DNA of 63,861 nt, the filler included, from an uncultured Synergistales bacterium (GTDB taxonomy: Bacteria; Synergistota; Synergistia; Synergistales; Aminobacteriaceae): assembly GCA_937897575.1 (NCBI GenBank). It is 12 parts of 12 records of this genome, joined end to end, with 100 filler letters (N's around TTAATTAATTAA, not from the genome) between each part and the next. Parts side by side here need not be neighbours in the genome. Positions count along the whole stretch, not along the records: positions 1 to 4,158 come from CALCQG010000111.1; positions 4,259 to 9,510 come from CALCQG010000112.1; positions 9,611 to 14,864 come from CALCQG010000113.1; 9 more parts are not named here. The stretch is one strand, 5' to 3'. A program made the translations under genes and the position numbers. Under the pieces are notes generated by a model. It worked only from the letters and a program-made list of their open reading frames with translations. It was not told where the DNA came from and did no database searches. Below, piece by piece: positions 1 through 9,938 of the stretch (positions are counted from its first letter, which is position 1; each line of letters begins with the position of its first letter).

Positions 1-630
1 AGCATCGTGGCCATCCTCTTCTTCCTGTTCTTCTTCGTCGGCGTCGCCTACGGGCATGGGGCCGCCACGAGCAAGAAGCTGGACGACATCCCCAAGCACA
101 TGCAGAAGGGGCTTGTGGGCGGTCTGAGCTTCATGGTGGTGGTCCTTCCGGCCTCCATGTTCGTGCAGCTCTTCAACGCGAGCAAGCTCACGACGATCCT
201 CTCGGTGAACGGGGCCCACTGGCTGGAGCGCATGAACCTCGGCGGAATCCCGCTGCTCGTCATGTTCATCCTGCTGTGCACCGTCATCAACCTCTTCATC
301 ATGAGCGGCTCGGCCAAGTGGCTCATCCTGGCGCCCATCTTCGTCCCCATGTTCTCCATGGTGGGCTTCTCCCCGGCGCTGACCCAGATGGCCTACCGGG
401 TCGGGGACTCGGCGACGAACCCGATCTCGCCGCTCTCCTACTATATCCCCGTGGTCATCGGCCTGCTGGAGCAGTACAACCCCAACCCCGAGAAGCGCGT
501 CGGCATAGGGACGGTGCTCTCCCAGCAGATGCCCTACGCCCTGGCCTACCTCGTGTCCTTCACGGTCATGCTCATCGTGTGGTACCTGCTCAATATCCCC
601 CTCGGCCCCGGCACCATGGCGAGGCTGTAG
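1..630 (+). CDS. abgT: AbgT family transporter, C-terminal part (5' truncated)
   Basis: Hydrophobic ORF with SGSAKWLILAPIFVPMF, YRVGDSATNPISP and C-terminal PLGPG, typical of AbgT. Confidence 0.85.
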   Translation, partial: SIVAILFFLFFFVGVAYGHGAATSKKLDDIPKHMQKGLVGGLSFMVVVLPASMFVQLFNASKLTTILSVNGAHWLERMNLGGIPLLVMFILLCTVINLFIMSGSAKWLILAPIFVPMFSMVGFSPALTQMAYRVGDSATNPISPLSYYIPVVIGLLEQYNPNPEKRVGIGTVLSQQMPYALAYLVSFTVMLIVWYLLNIPLGPGTMARL

Positions 631-645
631 GAGCGTACAGCAGTT

Positions 646-685
646 AAGAGCGATCGCCGGACTCGTTCCGGCGATCGCTCTTTCT
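646..685 (+). terminator. Intrinsic terminator after abgT
   Basis: 16-bp inverted repeat AAGAGCGATCGCCGGA/TCCGGCGATCGCTCTT followed by a short T-rich tail. Confidence 0.8.
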
Positions 686-872
686 GAGGCTCGGCGGGTT
701 CCCGTCTGGACCGCTGTCCCGGAGCCGCGACGCTTCATCCGCGGCGGGGCGGTGAACCCCTCGTTCGTTGTGTTGGTGGTGCGGCAGCACGGACGGAACG
801 GACCACACGGGCCGTAGGTCTCGGGGTATCCATGAATCAGCGGACCGCTCTTCAGGCTCTGCTTCCGAGGGG

Positions 873-1751
873 CTACCGTCCCTTCTTTGGACGGGCGCCG
901 GAGAGCTCCGCGAAGGCCGCTCCGCCGAGGATCAGCGAGGCCCCGAGGATCTGCAGGGCGGTCATGCGCTCCCCGAGGAAGACCATGGAGAAGAGGACGG
1001 CGGACAGAGGCTCCAGATAGCCGCAGATGGCCACAGTCCGGACGGGCAGGTTCCCGATGGACGAGAAGTAGAAGTAGCAGCCGAGCCCCGTGTTGATGAT
1101 GCCGAGCACCAGAATGGCCGGCCAGTCGCCGGACTTTACGGGGATGACGAGCCCCTGTTTGACGCCGACGAAGATCCCCACGGTCAGGGAGGCGAAGAGG
1201 AGCTGCCACATGGCGTTCTCGAGGCCGGAGGAGAGCCTGGCCTTCTTGTTGAAGATCACCATGAAGGCGTACAGGACGGCGGACATGATGCCGCAGGACA
1301 CCCCCCAGACATCCATCGTGCCCGACAATGCGGCCCGCCCGTTCACGAGGACCATGCCCAGAAGCACCGCAAGAAAACCGGCCTTGTGCGACCCCGTGAG
1401 CTCCTCGTGGAACAGGAGGGGCGAGAGGGCCATGACGATGACGGGCCCGCAGTAGTACGCCAGGGACGCGATCCCGACGCCCAGCCTTTGGTACGCCTCG
1501 TAGAGGAACATCCAGCTGGCCCCCATGGCGATTCCGGAGATCAGCAACCAGAGGAGCGCCCTCCTGTCCTCGAAGAGGCGAACCTTCCGCCGGGTCAGGA
1601 AGAAGGCGGCAATGAGCAGCAGGCTGCCCAGGACCGTCCGCAGCAGGACGATCTCGGAGCTGTCCAGAGCGATGCGGCTCGCGACGATGCCGTTCATGCC
1701 GAAGACGATCAGTGCCGTGACATATTTGAGATAGGACCGCCCGACGCCCAT
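873..1751 (-). CDS. EamA/DMT family transporter
   Basis: About 10 TM segments in two repeats, YLEPLSAVLFS motif; GGAGG SD before the ATG at 1751. Confidence 0.9.
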   Translation of the reverse strand: MGVGRSYLKYVTALIVFGMNGIVASRIALDSSEIVLLRTVLGSLLLIAAFFLTRRKVRLFEDRRALLWLLISGIAMGASWMFLYEAYQRLGVGIASLAYYCGPVIVMALSPLLFHEELTGSHKAGFLAVLLGMVLVNGRAALSGTMDVWGVSCGIMSAVLYAFMVIFNKKARLSSGLENAMWQLLFASLTVGIFVGVKQGLVIPVKSGDWPAILVLGIINTGLGCYFYFSSIGNLPVRTVAICGYLEPLSAVLFSMVFLGERMTALQILGASLILGGAAFAELSGARPKKGR

Positions 1752-1819
1752 ATCCGACCTCCCGTTGTGTTTCCCCTGGCGACACAGTATCATGATTTCA
1801 TGGATAAAAAAATCAAATG

Positions 1820-1842
1820 TTTGTCATAGAGAGCATGACAAA
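1820..1842. promoter_or_regulatory. Probable LysR operator (T-N11-A dyad)
   Basis: TTTGTCAT-N7-ATGACAAA perfect inverted repeat in the AT-rich spacer between divergent eamA and lysR. Confidence 0.65.
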
Positions 1843-1867
1843 AAACGATGGAACGGAGACCCATGAC

Positions 1868-2773
1868 GTGAAGATCCGGAAACTCGCCGCCCTGGTCAAG
1901 GCCGTTGAGCAGGGCAGCTTCACGAAGGCCGCCGCGGCTCTGAACTACACCCAGTCGGGAATCAGCCGCATGATCGCCGACGTCGAGGCCGAGTGGGGCG
2001 TCGTCCTGCTTGAACGGGGGAGGTCCGGGGTGACGCTCACGTCCGATGGCCTGAAGCTCTTTCCGCAGATTCAACGGGTCTGCAACGAGCGGGAGCTGCT
2101 CATTGCCCAGGTGGACGATCTGCGGGGCTGCCAGTCCGGCCTGATCCGGATAGGCGCCTTCTCCAGCGTGGCGACGCACTGGCTGCCCGACATGGTCAGG
2201 GCGTTCCGGGAGACCCATTCAAAGGTTGACTTCGAGATTCTGCTGGGCGACTACAGCGAGATCGAGTCGTGGATTCACGAGGGGCGGGTGGACTTCGGCT
2301 TCCTCCGGCTGCCCACGGACATGCCCTTCGAGACCGTGTCCCTGGAGGAGCGGGACAGGCTGCTCGTCATCCTGCCGGAGGGCCACCCCCTTGCCGGCTG
2401 CGACGCCTTCCCGATGAAAGCGCTGGAGGAGGAGCCCTTCATGCTGCTCGAGAAGGGCGGAAAGGCCGAGATATCGGCCGTCTTCGAGCGCAACGGCCTG
2501 ACGCCCAGGGTCTTCTTCACCACCTGGGACGACTACGCCATCATGGCCATGGTGGAGAAGGGGCTGGGCATCAGCATCCTGCCCGAACTGATCCTGCAGC
2601 GCGTCCCCTATCGCATCGTGGCGAAGGAGCTGGAAAAACCGGCGTACCGGAATATCGGCATCGCCATGCGGAGCCGACGGCACCTGCCCTCGGCGGCGAA
2701 GCGCTTTCTCGGCTATCTTCCGCAGGGGAGGAGAATTGCTGCGGACCTCCCGCCGGACCGTCCGCAGCCGTGA
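1868..2773 (+). CDS. LysR family transcriptional regulator
   Basis: GSFTKAAAALNYTQSGISRMI helix-turn-helix, substrate-binding domain, GLGISILP; GTG start inferred. Confidence 0.95.
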   Translation: MKIRKLAALVKAVEQGSFTKAAAALNYTQSGISRMIADVEAEWGVVLLERGRSGVTLTSDGLKLFPQIQRVCNERELLIAQVDDLRGCQSGLIRIGAFSSVATHWLPDMVRAFRETHSKVDFEILLGDYSEIESWIHEGRVDFGFLRLPTDMPFETVSLEERDRLLVILPEGHPLAGCDAFPMKALEEEPFMLLEKGGKAEISAVFERNGLTPRVFFTTWDDYAIMAMVEKGLGISILPELILQRVPYRIVAKELEKPAYRNIGIAMRSRRHLPSAAKRFLGYLPQGRRIAADLPPDRPQP

Positions 2774-2835
2774 AAGCCGGAGACGGTGCCGCCCCGGCCG
2801 AAGGGAGCGGTACCATGGAGAGGGGAGCGTGGACT

Positions 2836-3261
2836 ATGGACGACGAGCGGTGCGTCCTTCGGTTCGGGGTCGGGAACATGGACTTCCGGCGGGTGACGGA
2901 GATGCTGGCCGGCGCCTTCTGGTGTCCGGGGATCTCCATCGGCGAGGTGGAGAAGGGCGCAGCGAACTCCGCCCTCGTGGTGGGGGCGTTCCTCGGCGAC
3001 CTTCAGATCGGCTACGGGCGCTGCATCTCGGACAAGACCCGCTTCGCCTACATCCTCGACGTGTATGTGGACCCAAGGTACCAGAGGCGCGGCATCGGCC
3101 GGAGGATGGTGCGCAGCATGATGGCCCACCCCGACATGGCCGACGTGTACCAGTGGGCCCTGGTCACGAAGGACGCCCACGGCGTGTACCGGGAGCTGGG
3201 CTTCGCGCCGACGGCGCGCCCCGGCGACTGGATGGAGATACGAAACCCGCGGCCGCGGTGA
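2836..3261 (+). CDS. GNAT N-acetyltransferase
   Basis: AYILDVYVDPRYQRRGIG motif A and AHGVYRELGF. Confidence 0.9.
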   Translation: MDDERCVLRFGVGNMDFRRVTEMLAGAFWCPGISIGEVEKGAANSALVVGAFLGDLQIGYGRCISDKTRFAYILDVYVDPRYQRRGIGRRMVRSMMAHPDMADVYQWALVTKDAHGVYRELGFAPTARPGDWMEIRNPRPR

Positions 3262-3316
3262 TCGGGACGGTGTCCCGGTCGACTAAAAGGGAGAAACAGA
3301 GAAAGGAGCGATACAT

Positions 3317-3946
3317 ATGAAAGTCCTCTTATTGAACGGGAGCTCCAGGGAAAAGGGGTGCACCGCCTTCGCCCTGGGCGAGGTGGCGAAAGCCCTGAAC
3401 CAGGGCGGTATCGAAACGGAGACGGTCTTCATAGGGAACGATCCCATCCGGGACTGCACCGCCTGCGGGACGTGCCGGAGACTCGGCAACACCGCCTGCG
3501 TCTTCGACGACGACATGATCAACCCACTGATCCGGAAGGCCGAGGGGTGCGACGGGTTCGTCTTCGGCACCCCCGTGTACTACTCCCACCCGAGCGGCCG
3601 CATCCTGTCCGTGCTGAACCGGCTCTTCTTCGCCGGGTCGGCGGCCTTCCGAAGAAAGCCGGGGGCGGCGATCGCCTCGGCCAGACGAGGCGGCAACGTG
3701 GCCGCCGTCGACGTGCTGAACAAGTACTTCACCATCTGCGAGATGCCCGTGGTCTCGTCCAGCTACTGGAACATCGTCTACGGCGCGGCCCCCGAGGATG
3801 TCCTGCAGGACAAGGAGGGCCTCCAGACCATGCGGAACCTCGGGCGGAACATGGCGTGGCTCCTCTCCTGCATCGAAGAGGGCAAGAGGGCCGGCGTCCG
3901 GCAACCCAAGAACGAGTACGACGCCAGGACGAACGTCATCCGGTGA
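3317..3946 (+). CDS. Iron-sulfur flavoprotein / NADPH-dependent FMN reductase (multimeric flavodoxin)
   Basis: NGSSR..GCT, CxxCxxC-x6-C and GTPVYY motifs. Confidence 0.9.
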   Translation: MKVLLLNGSSREKGCTAFALGEVAKALNQGGIETETVFIGNDPIRDCTACGTCRRLGNTACVFDDDMINPLIRKAEGCDGFVFGTPVYYSHPSGRILSVLNRLFFAGSAAFRRKPGAAIASARRGGNVAAVDVLNKYFTICEMPVVSSSYWNIVYGAAPEDVLQDKEGLQTMRNLGRNMAWLLSCIEEGKRAGVRQPKNEYDARTNVIR

Positions 3947-4091
3947 GCGGTGTGGAGGCCTGGCCGACGCCGCCGCGTAGGGTACCAGACAACCCGGGGC
4001 CGCCCCCGGTGACGTGCCCCGGAGCGTGCGGACGTCGGCGCGGCCGGTTGTCCTGTGAACGAAGGCCCGTGTCGGGGCGAGGAGGTGCGCT

Positions 4092-4158
4092 GTGCTCGGC
4101 GAACCGGACCTGGGGTGGACGAAGGTCACAGTCGGAACCTTCGAAGGGTATGCCAGTT
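4092..4158 (+). CDS. Start of hypothetical protein, truncated by contig end
   Basis: AGGAGGT SD then GTG; MLGEPDLGWTKVTVGTFEGYAS stays open to the linker. Confidence 0.45.
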
Positions 4159-4258
4159 NNNNNNNNNNNNNNNNNNNNNNNNNNNNNNNNNNNNNNNNNN
4201 NNTTAATTAATTAANNNNNNNNNNNNNNNNNNNNNNNNNNNNNNNNNNNNNNNNNNNN
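4159..4258. other. Artificial contig linker (N44-TTAATTAATTAA-N44); also at 9511, 14865, 20220, 23321, 39424, 46166, 52285, 57998, 60123, 62318
   Basis: Identical 100-nt spacer with stops in all six frames occurs 11 times; genes are cut at each one. Confidence 0.99.
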
Positions 4259-4464
4259 GTGTCGAGAAGGCGCGTCGCCTCGCCCTCGGTGATGAAGACG
4301 GGGACGGACAGGACGGACTCCGCCGGAGCCCGCTCCGCGCGCGTCGTCTCGGCCGGAGGAGCCTCGATGGAGAGGGTTGCGGGCTGTCCGATGACCCTCT
4401 GAACCATGAACAGGGAGGAGCCGAGAAGAAGAGCCGCTACTGCCCCCAGACGTTTTTTCCGCAT
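4259..4464 (-). CDS. Exported or membrane-anchored hypothetical protein, N-terminus only
   Basis: MRKKRLGAVAALLLGSS signal-like start; open to the contig end. Confidence 0.55.
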
Positions 4465-4516
4465 TCCGTGACCTCGCTTCAGAGTATCTTCTGTCGCCAT
4501 TATACCCGAGAAGGAT

Positions 4517-4544
4517 TTGACAATGCCGCCGGGAGGGGTACAAT
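4517..4544 (+). promoter_or_regulatory. Sigma70-type promoter for riboswitch and oadB
   Basis: TTGACA (4517-4522), 16-nt spacer, TACAAT (4539-4544); predicted start site near 4551 coincides with the aptamer 5' end. Confidence 0.75.
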
Positions 4545-4552
4545 ACGGCAGA

Positions 4553-4639
4553 GAAGGGGAGTAGCTTGTGAGGCGAAGGTCATCAGCACGGTCGTGGACC
4601 TGGCTTTCGCCGTCGGACATCCGATGGAGCGAGACCTTC
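4553..4639 (+). ncRNA. yybP-ykoY (Mn2+-sensing) riboswitch aptamer
   Basis: 5' GAAGGGGAGTAGC and 3' AGCGAGACCTTC (P1/L1); stem GGCGAAGGTC/GGCTTTCGCC with ATCAGCAC internal loop; GGTC/GACC hairpin; TCGGA/TCCGA hairpin. Confidence 0.88.
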
Positions 4640-4674
4640 AGTGCAGATGATCTGTGCTGAAGGTCTCTTTTTTT
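4631..4674 (+). terminator. Riboswitch expression-platform terminator
   Basis: GAGACCTTCAGTGCAGA-TGA-TCTGTGCTGAAGGTCTC plus T7; its 5' arm overlaps the aptamer P1 3' strand. Confidence 0.9.
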
Positions 4675-4723
4675 GCAGGTCACATATTTTAGCGGGAGAT
4701 CCCGCAGATGAGGAGAGGGAAAA

Positions 4724-5845
4724 ATGGAGACGCTTTTTGTGGGGTTCGCATCGCTCACCATCAAACAGGCGATCATGATCGGCGTGGGGCTTACGCTGCT
4801 CTACCTGGCCATCGTGAAGGGGTACGAGCCGACGCTGCTGCTTCCCATGGGCTTCGGGACGCTGCTCGTCAACATCCCCCTTTCGTCGGCCCTGGACCAC
4901 GTCATAAACGGGGAGGTTCAGCACGGTGCCCTGAGCATTCTGTTCAACGCGGGGATCGCCAACGAGATGTTCCCGCTGCTCATCTTCATCGCCATTGGGG
5001 CCATGATCGACTTCACCCCGCTCTTTCAGAACCCCATCTCCTTCCTCTTCGGCGTCGCGGCTCAGGCGGGCATCTTCCTCACCATGGGGTTGGCGCTGCT
5101 CATCGGCTTCGATCTCAAGGAGGCGGCCTCCATCGGCATCATCGGGGCGGCTGACGGACCCACATCCATCTACGTTGCGGCGAAATTCGCACCGAACCTG
5201 CTGGGGCCGATATCCGTGGCGGCCTACTCCTACATGGCCCTGGTCCCCGTCATCCAGCCGCCGGTGATCAAGCTGCTCACGACCAGGGAGGAGCGCCGCA
5301 TCTCCATGCCCTACAAGGGCAAGGAGATATCGAAGCCGGTGAAGATACTCTTCCCCATAGCCGTCGCCCTCATCGCCGGCATGTTCGCGCCGGCCTCGGC
5401 ATCCCTCATCGGCTTCCTGATGTACGGCAACCTGATCCGGGAGAGCGGCGTTGTGGACCGGCTCTCCAAGGGAGCTCAGGAGGAGCTTGCCAACATAGTC
5501 TCCATCCTTCTCGGCCTTGCCATCTCCTCCACCATGACGGGCGAGCGCTTCATCCAGCCCACCACGCTCCTGATCCTCGGCATGGGGCTCGTCGCCTTCA
5601 TCCTGGATACGGCCGTCGGTGTCCTCGTCGCCAAGGGCGTCAATCTGTTCAGGAAGGAGAAGCTGAACCCCATGATCGGAGCGGCCGGCATCTCGGCCTT
5701 CCCCATGTCGGCGCGCCTCGTCCAGCGCATGGCGGCCGCCGAGGACAAGCAGTGCTTCGTCCTGATGCACGCCGTCGGGGCCAACGTATCGGGGCAGATC
5801 GGCTCCGTCCTTGCGGGAGGCATCCTGCTGGCCCTTCTGGGGTGA
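4724..5845 (+). CDS. oadB: Na+-translocating decarboxylase beta subunit (OadB/GcdB/MmdB family), stand-alone
   Basis: EPTLLLPMGFG, IGIIGAADGPTSIY, AAYSYMALVPVIQPP, GISAFPMSAR and GANVSGQIGS motifs. Confidence 0.93.
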   Translation: METLFVGFASLTIKQAIMIGVGLTLLYLAIVKGYEPTLLLPMGFGTLLVNIPLSSALDHVINGEVQHGALSILFNAGIANEMFPLLIFIAIGAMIDFTPLFQNPISFLFGVAAQAGIFLTMGLALLIGFDLKEAASIGIIGAADGPTSIYVAAKFAPNLLGPISVAAYSYMALVPVIQPPVIKLLTTREERRISMPYKGKEISKPVKILFPIAVALIAGMFAPASASLIGFLMYGNLIRESGVVDRLSKGAQEELANIVSILLGLAISSTMTGERFIQPTTLLILGMGLVAFILDTAVGVLVAKGVNLFRKEKLNPMIGAAGISAFPMSARLVQRMAAAEDKQCFVLMHAVGANVSGQIGSVLAGGILLALLG

Positions 5846-5861
5846 TTGTCCGGCCGGGAGG

Positions 5862-6992
5862 TCAGCGGCGGAGCAGATCGAGCGCTCTGAGAATGAGCCC
5901 TTTCGAGAAGTCGATGGCGTTCGCCGGACAGACCTCCTGGCAGCAGTAGCAGCGAATGCACCGGCCGTAGTCGATGACGATCCGCCCATCACCCTCCAGG
6001 GTCATGGCCTTTGCCGGGCAGATGGCGACGCACTTGCCGCATCGGATGCAGGTCTCCCTGTTCTGCCGGGGGCGGGAGGCGAGGAGGGAGCCCCCCATCC
6101 ACCGGAGCCCCCGGGGGATCAGGTGCAGGGAGTCGAGGGCCGGGATGTGCACGTCCCTCATGGCCTCGGCGAATGCGTCGGGGGAGTCGCCGGCCAGGGC
6201 GTGCTCGGGCAGCACTCCTCGCCGCTTCGCTGCCCTGAGCAGGGGCACGTCGTCGGTTGCGAGTCCGAGCAGCCCCGCGACGGCGGCGTCGAGGGCCAGA
6301 GGGTCCGTCGCCGCCGCGAGAAGTCCGAAGTGTCTCGGGGTGCCGTTGCCCGGCCCCCGGCCCTCCATCCCCTCCACGCCGTCCAGGATGGTGAGCGCAG
6401 GTCGTAGGCTGCGGGCGATGTCCAGATGCAGATCGGCGAACCGCCCCCTGTCGAGCCCGACGTTGTAGTGCCACTCGGCCTTTCTCTGGCGAACCACCGT
6501 GCCGAAGAGATTTTTGACGCCCAGGGTCAGCACCATCTGGGCGTGGGTCTTGAGCTTCGGCAGGTTGATGATCTTGTCGGCGAGAAGCGCCTGCCGGGCG
6601 ACCTCGACACGGTGGAAAAGAGACCCCTCCGCCATGGACAGAGGCTCGGGGTCGGTCAGCTCCTCACAGGGGATCCCCAGCTCCCGGGCAACGTCGCTCA
6701 TCCCCGTCTTTGCCGCCACATGAGCGAAACGGTCCAGCCCCGGGCTGTCGGCGATAAAGGGGCGGCCGCCCGCCTCGAGGACGAGACGGGCCACGGCCCG
6801 CACGATCTCCGGGTGCGTGGTGACGCATCGGTCCGGCGGCTCCGCCGAGAGCAGATTCGGCTTGAGAAGAACCCGCTCGCCCGGGGAGACGAACTGCCCC
6901 ATGCCGCCCATGGCGTCCACAAGGGCGCGAAGGGCTGAAAGGACCGATGAAGCGTCATAGAAGTTCAGTTGTCGCAGAAAAACCGTCGTCAT
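5862..6992 (-). CDS. DUF362 protein with C-terminal 2x[4Fe-4S] ferredoxin domain
   Basis: VLLKPNLL, TTHP, INLPKLKTH, GVKNLFG and two CxxCxxCxxxCP motifs. Confidence 0.9.
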   Translation of the reverse strand: MTTVFLRQLNFYDASSVLSALRALVDAMGGMGQFVSPGERVLLKPNLLSAEPPDRCVTTHPEIVRAVARLVLEAGGRPFIADSPGLDRFAHVAAKTGMSDVARELGIPCEELTDPEPLSMAEGSLFHRVEVARQALLADKIINLPKLKTHAQMVLTLGVKNLFGTVVRQRKAEWHYNVGLDRGRFADLHLDIARSLRPALTILDGVEGMEGRGPGNGTPRHFGLLAAATDPLALDAAVAGLLGLATDDVPLLRAAKRRGVLPEHALAGDSPDAFAEAMRDVHIPALDSLHLIPRGLRWMGGSLLASRPRQNRETCIRCGKCVAICPAKAMTLEGDGRIVIDYGRCIRCYCCQEVCPANAIDFSKGLILRALDLLRR

Positions 6993-7135
6993 GGGCTCTT
7001 CGCTTCATCCCTTCCGAGTACGATCCAGAGAGCAAAAGGAGAGAACGTCCCCCGAAACCCCGGGAGCCTCTTGCCGAGAAAGCGCGACCACAGAGCGTTG
7101 CGAGACTCCGAAAAAGTTCAGGGCACGGCACGATG

Positions 7136-7654
7136 TCAACCTTCGAGGGCTTCTCCCTCGTCCGCGGTCGGTGTCGGAGATTTCTCCTCGTCCCCCGGCT
7201 TCGGAGGGACGGAGAGGGGCATGAAGCTCGCCATCGCCGCCCCGACGAGGTTGTCCGGGGTGTCGGCGTAGGCCTCGCCGCGTACGGTGATCAGACGCTT
7301 TCCCAGGGAGAGGATCTTCGCCCGGACCAGAAGCGTGCTGCCCCTGTGCACCGGCCTCAGAAAGGAGGTGGTGAGGTGCGTCGTCACCGAGGACATCGGA
7401 GCGGCAGCCCAGCGGGCCAGCAGCCCCAGCGTCTCGTCGAAGGCCGTTGCCATCGCCCCTCCATGGAGAATGTGGCTGTGGTTGAGCTGCCACTCCTGGA
7501 CGGTGAACTCCAGCTCCAGCGTCAGTTCCTCGTCGTCGCTGCCCACATAGCGCGGGTCCATACGCTTGTTGAGATTGTCCGGCTGGCTCCAAATCTCCTC
7601 CAGCATGCGGGAAATACCCTGCTCGATGCTCTCCGGTCTGGCATGCCTTCTCAT
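7136..7654 (-). CDS. PaaI family thioesterase
   Basis: LNHSHILHGGAMATAFD hotdog-fold motif; start codon uncertain. Confidence 0.85.
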   Translation of the reverse strand: MRRHARPESIEQGISRMLEEIWSQPDNLNKRMDPRYVGSDDEELTLELEFTVQEWQLNHSHILHGGAMATAFDETLGLLARWAAAPMSSVTTHLTTSFLRPVHRGSTLLVRAKILSLGKRLITVRGEAYADTPDNLVGAAMASFMPLSVPPKPGDEEKSPTPTADEGEALEG

Positions 7655-8438
7655 CGTGGGATCGACGCCCTTTCGTTCTCCTGGGGTGATGCGCACCCCG
7701 GCAGGGATTTCTCCTGATTGTATCACAGAGAACGCGTTGCTCACCGGCTTCGGCGCTTGGTTTGTCAAAGGCCCGTATGTGCTTTGGTATCCCGGATACT
7801 TCCTCCGAGCGGTCCGAAGGGCCCGTTCTTTTCGTGCGTTGGACAGGGGCAACCCGCAGGAGTACGACGCCTCCGCCAGCTTTTCGACGAGGGGGGCCGG
7901 CGGACGAGAATTTCACGCGATCATTCGGTCCTGTGATCGTCCGCACGGCAATGCCGGATCAGGTCGGACGGCACGAATACTCCAGGCGAGATGATCCACT
8001 CACGGACCGACGGCATCGTGGGGTGCAACCCTCCGGATAAGGGTGCGCCCCGGTCGGCCTCACCGGAGAAGTCGCGGCGGCAACTCGAGGCTCCCGACGG
8101 GCAGGGAAAAAGTTCGTCGGGAAGGACGTGGCGGGGGGAGCGCTGTACGGCTGACCGGGCGTTGGCCAGGGTGTCAGAGAAATTCCGCGCTCGATCGGCG
8201 TGCCTCCTGCCCTTCGGTATTTCCGCCGGCGGAGGGAATGCGCCGGAAACTCCTCTCAGAAGCAGGAGCAGGGCGGCTGGGAGCGCGGTTGAACCGGTCC
8301 GCGACCGTGTTCATGCCCTTACCCGTGACTCAGGGGCCGGGCATATTAGGGCATTTAGTATAATAGTCGGATACCGAGCGCTCCCTATGAGAAGTCACCG
8401 GGAGAGAGGTGCAGCTTGCAGGGGAAGAAGGTGTTCAT

Positions 8439-9176
8439 ATGGATACAATCCGCTCCATGCAGTTTTTTCTCCAGAAGAGAGGCCGAGGGTACGTTGCCTC
8501 CATTCTCTGCAATATGAGAACGCTGACGAAGGATGATATCGGGACGGCCGTGGAGTTTCACAAGCGAATCACCGACGAGATCGGCGACGCGGACTTCTTC
8601 GCCGAGGACAACACGCTTGTGGACAGCATCAAGGGAGCGGGGGCGGTTGTGGGCATCTTCGCCGAGGACCGGCTGATCGCCCTCCGGTCCATCTCCTACA
8701 CCGACGAGTTCGTGGACGACGCGATCGAGGACCTCAAGCTCGAGGACACGGAGCGCACCCATGTGGCGGTCATGGACTTCTGCGTCACCGACTCGGAGTA
8801 CAGGGGGAACAACCTCCAGTTCGTGAGCTACATCTTCATGGAGAACATCCTCTACCCCTACCGCTATCACCTGCACACCACCGTCTCTCCCAAGAACGTC
8901 TTCAGTCTGAACAACATCCTCAAGTGCGGCTTTTTCACCGTGGGCTTCAAGCAGAAGTACGGCGGCCATGCCCGGTTTGTGCTGTACAAGAACCTCCGCT
9001 ATCCCACGTGCGTGGAGACGAAGGGACACAAGGAGGTTCTGCTTCGGAACTACGCCTATCACCCCACGGTCCTGGACGACGGGTACGTGGGCTACAAGGT
9101 GAAGCACAAGGCCCACGGCATGGCCATGCTCTACGGGCGCCCGAAGCAGGAGGAAGAAGCCGCGCCGGAGGAGTGA
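8439..9176 (+). CDS. GNAT-fold protein with C-terminal extension
   Basis: CVTDSEYRGNNLQ and TVSPKNVFSLNNILKCGF motifs; TATAAT near 8359 upstream. Confidence 0.7.
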   Translation: MDTIRSMQFFLQKRGRGYVASILCNMRTLTKDDIGTAVEFHKRITDEIGDADFFAEDNTLVDSIKGAGAVVGIFAEDRLIALRSISYTDEFVDDAIEDLKLEDTERTHVAVMDFCVTDSEYRGNNLQFVSYIFMENILYPYRYHLHTTVSPKNVFSLNNILKCGFFTVGFKQKYGGHARFVLYKNLRYPTCVETKGHKEVLLRNYAYHPTVLDDGYVGYKVKHKAHGMAMLYGRPKQEEEAAPEE

Positions 9177-9180
9177 CCTC

Positions 9181-9510
9181 ATGCCCAGTGACGAAAGGCT
9201 GTCCTCCGCCCTTCATGTTCTGGAGCGTCTCGAAGCCGCCGGTTTCGAGGCCGTTCTCGTGGGCGGGATCGTCCGAAGCCTGCTCGCCGGCCTCCCCGTC
9301 GAGGATGTGGACATCGCCACCGGAGCCTCAACGGAGGACCTTGCGGCCCTCTTTCCCTCGGGCCGAGCCCTCGGCCCGAGAGGGATGGAGATATTTCTAC
9401 TCCCCTGGGAAAACGACTGTTTCGAGGTCTTCTCCTACGCCGGCGGCTCTCTGGAAGAGGATTTGAAGCGGCGGGACCTTACGGTGAACGCCCTGGCCCT
9501 TCGTCGAACG
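9181..9510 (+). CDS. cca: CCA-adding enzyme / poly(A) polymerase family, N-terminus (truncated)
   Basis: LVGGIVR...DVDIAT and EDLKRRDLTVNALA. Confidence 0.85.
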
Positions 9511-9610
9511 NNNNNNNNNNNNNNNNNNNNNNNNNNNNNNNNNNNNNNNNNNNNTTAATTAATTAANNNNNNNNNNNNNNNNNNNNNNNNNNNNNNNNNN
9601 NNNNNNNNNN

Positions 9611-9879
<269 letters not shown>

Positions 9880-9938
9880 TGCGAAAAGTGAGGATTATCA
9901 ACAACCGGTGCGAGTAGTACCATAAGGATAGGATTGAA

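Noticed and set aside
4551..4680. Na+-sensing riboswitch, as the downstream gene would suggest
   Set aside because: The sequence carries the yybP-ykoY signatures (GGGGAGUAGC...GCGAGACC) instead
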